Part shown: piece by piece, positions 26,401 through 27,631 of the stretch
How positions within the stretch are numbered: the stretch's first letter is position 1
Layout of the letters: every line of letters begins with the position of its first letter
Assembly: GCA_947178315.1 (NCBI GenBank)
Contig: CAMWXW010000001.1
Coordinates: forward strand, 1 to 27,631
DNA length: 27,631 nucleotides
Direction of reading: 5' to 3'
Origin: an uncultured Desulfovibrionaceae bacterium
GTDB taxonomy: Bacteria > Desulfobacterota > Desulfovibrionia > Desulfovibrionales > Desulfovibrionaceae
Notes under the pieces: model-generated
Seen by the model: only the letters and a program-made list of their open reading frames with translations
Told to the model about the DNA's origin: nothing
The model's database searches: none
Program-made: the position numbers and the translations under genes

Positions 26401-26914
26401 TACGCCACAAACTGTGAAAATAGGAGTTGTTGTCTCTACTATTAAAGAAACAACGACAAAACGAGGGGATAAAATGGCATTCCTTACGTTGGAAGATACC
26501 ACTGGTTCGATAGAATGTATTGTCTTTAGTAAAGAGTATGCTAACAGTATCTCTATTATTGAGTCTGATCTTCCATTGGTAGTTGAAGCAACAGTTGAAT
26601 TTGATGATAGTCAAGTTGATAGTGAGGTACGTATAGCTCGTCTTCTTGCTCGATCTATTACTGTACTTGAGGACTATGCTCTTGAAGCTGACTCTGCTGT
26701 GACAATAGAACTTCCATGCACACTTGATAAAGAAGCTGTTTATTCTTTACAAAATATCTTTGCAATGCATAAAGGAGCTACAGCGGTAGAATTGCATTTA
26801 CAATTACCTGATGCTGTTGCAGTAGCATCACTTGCTTCTCAATGGAGTATTTCCCCGACAATAGAATTCTTTACAGCACTATCGGTATGGGAGGAAGAAA
26901 GCCTTGCCTCGTAA
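23450..26914 (+). CDS. dnaE: DNA polymerase III alpha subunit
   Basis: PHP domain (HLHCHTEYSLLDG, TDHG), GPGRGSAAGS, catalytic MPDIDVDF, KFDFLGL, YGFNKSHS, HhH and OB fold; 1154 aa. RBS AAGGAG. Confidence 0.98.
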   Translation: MSFVHLHCHTEYSLLDGAIRLDMLCEKALKYGMPATAITDHGNLYGAMNFYLQCKKYGVKPIIGCEVYIAHDHTDTTSPRARERSHLILLSKNMQGYKNLLKIVSHAWLHGFHYKPRTDKKFLKDHSEGIIALSACYAGEIPKLLRTKGMDAAIESAYEYASIFKEGFYLEVQSNGMKEQEILNNQLYEMAEKTKLPLVATNDCHYLNKEDVEAHDILLCVQTGAKVDDKDRMRFDTTELYYKTPEEMATHFSHIPETLENTLRIAEQCNVEFSFGTYHFPVYTLENTGTPEEEFALLARQGLEKRFQNLEEHGKPILDKEMYYKRLEYEIEVICSMGFASYFLIVQDFINWAKSQNIPVGPGRGSAAGSLVAYSLRITNIDPIPYNLLFERFLNVERISMPDIDVDFCERRRGEVIEYVSKKYGVDSVAQITTFGKMKAKAAIKDIGRALGVSYPEMNALVKHVPDDLKITIQRALEEGQELREIYNTDEKMRKVIDIASSLEGLSRHASTHAAGIVISDKAMCEYLPLYKGKKGEIVTQYDMKIVEKIGLVKFDFLGLKTITLVQDTLRIIREEGKEVPDLDTLSLDDKATYELYSSGNTDGVFQVESNGMRQYLRMLRPSCFEDIIAMLALYRPGPLKTGMVDEFIDRKHGRKPSAAPLPQLEDCLKDTYGVIVYQEQVMQIAQIVANYSLGNADLLRRAMGKKDATEMAKQKEVFIRGAVENGIDEAKAIEIFELIETFAEYGFNKSHSAAYALISYYTAYLRANYPLEFMAALFSSDMHNTDKIQQYVVQSKASGITLLPPNINTSQEHFTVHEGKIIFAFGAIKAVGTEAIQEILSVRKQGEFTSLYDLCSRVNTRKVTRRVFEFLIKSGALDCFGLPRKVMMDALEPCILKAQRENREKDSLQTSLFSMSPTQPKATGGLGFDYNGDMTTEFMQKEWLSLEKDSLGFFLSKHPLHVLSTEYKRLQLLHVADVHALETTPQTVKIGVVVSTIKETTTKRGDKMAFLTLEDTTGSIECIVFSKEYANSISIIESDLPLVVEATVEFDDSQVDSEVRIARLLARSITVLEDYALEADSAVTIELPCTLDKEAVYSLQNIFAMHKGATAVELHLQLPDAVAVASLASQWSISPTIEFFTALSVWEEESLAS

Positions 26915-27024
26915 TAGTCTATGTATACTTTTGTGGATTGTGATATTTATTTCTTCTAGAATATATATAGTTCATATCTTATAGATATTGCAAAAGTATA
27001 CGGTTAAAAGAAAAGGTATATAAT

Positions 27025-27483
27025 ATGGCAAAAGTAACAGGAAAAAAAATAGTAGCTATCAATAAAAAAGCAAAGATGCTCTATGAGCTTTCTACGACAT
27101 ATGAAGCTGGTATCGTCTTACTTGGACCTGAAATTAAAAGTATTCGTAATGGGAAAGTTAATTTTGTAGATAGCTTTGTTGATGTAGTAGAGGAGGCCTA
27201 TATTATAGGACTACATATTGCTCCATATGAGCAAGCTGGGTATGCATTGTGTGAGCCAACACGTAAACGTAAATTACTATTGCATAAGAAAGAAGTTCAG
27301 TCTTTAGCTCGACAGATTGCTACAAAGGGAGTTACAGTTGTTCCTCTTATGTTATATTTTAGTAACGGTAAGATTAAAGTAGAAATAGCTATTGGTAAGG
27401 GAAGAAAGCTATATGATCATCGTCATGTTCTTAAAGAAAAAGCAGAAAAGCGAGAAGTTGCTCGGGAGATGAAATATAAGTGA
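27025..27483 (+). CDS. smpB: SsrA-binding protein SmpB
   Basis: NKKA..Y, EAGIVL.G.EIKSIR, HIAPY, RKRKLLLHK and KG.T.VPL..YF..GK.KV.I. Confidence 0.96.
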   Translation: MAKVTGKKIVAINKKAKMLYELSTTYEAGIVLLGPEIKSIRNGKVNFVDSFVDVVEEAYIIGLHIAPYEQAGYALCEPTRKRKLLLHKKEVQSLARQIATKGVTVVPLMLYFSNGKIKVEIAIGKGRKLYDHRHVLKEKAEKREVAREMKYK

Positions 27484-27631
27484 TATACCTATCATTTTTC
27501 TATCCTGTATATTTTGAACCCTCTCTTTTTGATATACTGAATATAATTTGATTTCTAGCAGATAGATGTTGTTATCCTTACTAGTATTACTATTCAAGCT
27601 AATCAGTATAGATATCAATTTTTTTCTTGAG

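Noticed and set aside
23450-26914. Possible intein or unusual insertion in DnaE
   Set aside because: The length (1154 aa) is normal, the known intein site reads FAEYGFNKSH without interruption, and PHP and catalytic motifs are intact.
1-27631. Frequent GATATC and TAGATAT-like words
   Set aside because: Largely explained by Asp-Ile codon pairs and AT-rich composition. No array, fixed spacing or CRISPR-like periodicity was seen.

Overview
AT-rich chromosomal segment (roughly one-third GC by eye) with 22 CDSs, mostly housekeeping: TVP38/VTT protein (5' partial), UbiD-family decarboxylase, RluD-CoaE fusion, CheA, phenylacetate-CoA-ligase-like enzyme, BioH-like hydrolase, two outer-membrane beta-barrels, UDP-glucuronate 4-epimerase-like SDR, SppA, DUF721/DciA, RecR, YbaB/EbfC, IF-1, U32-family protein, HemB-like protein, YdjM-type hydrolase, ParA, ParB, heptose kinase RfaE1, DnaE and SmpB. 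Protein style and the parA-parB-rfaE1 order suggest a low-GC Desulfovibrionaceae-like, possibly host-associated lineage with shuffled gene order (inference from recalled homologs, no search run). I saw no rRNA, tRNA, CRISPR array, transposase or prophage. The best lead is a full-length HemB/porphobilinogen synthase homolog that has lost both Schiff-base lysines, the Zn-binding cysteines and part of the active-site lid, so it is a candidate pseudoenzyme. Other leads are two parS-like sites near parAB, an ungapped ~82-aa tandem repeat in place of the CheA P2 domain, a stand-alone BioH-like gene tightly linked to an OMP gene, and an uncharacterised OM barrel with an N-terminal extension. I found no convincing multi-gene novel system.
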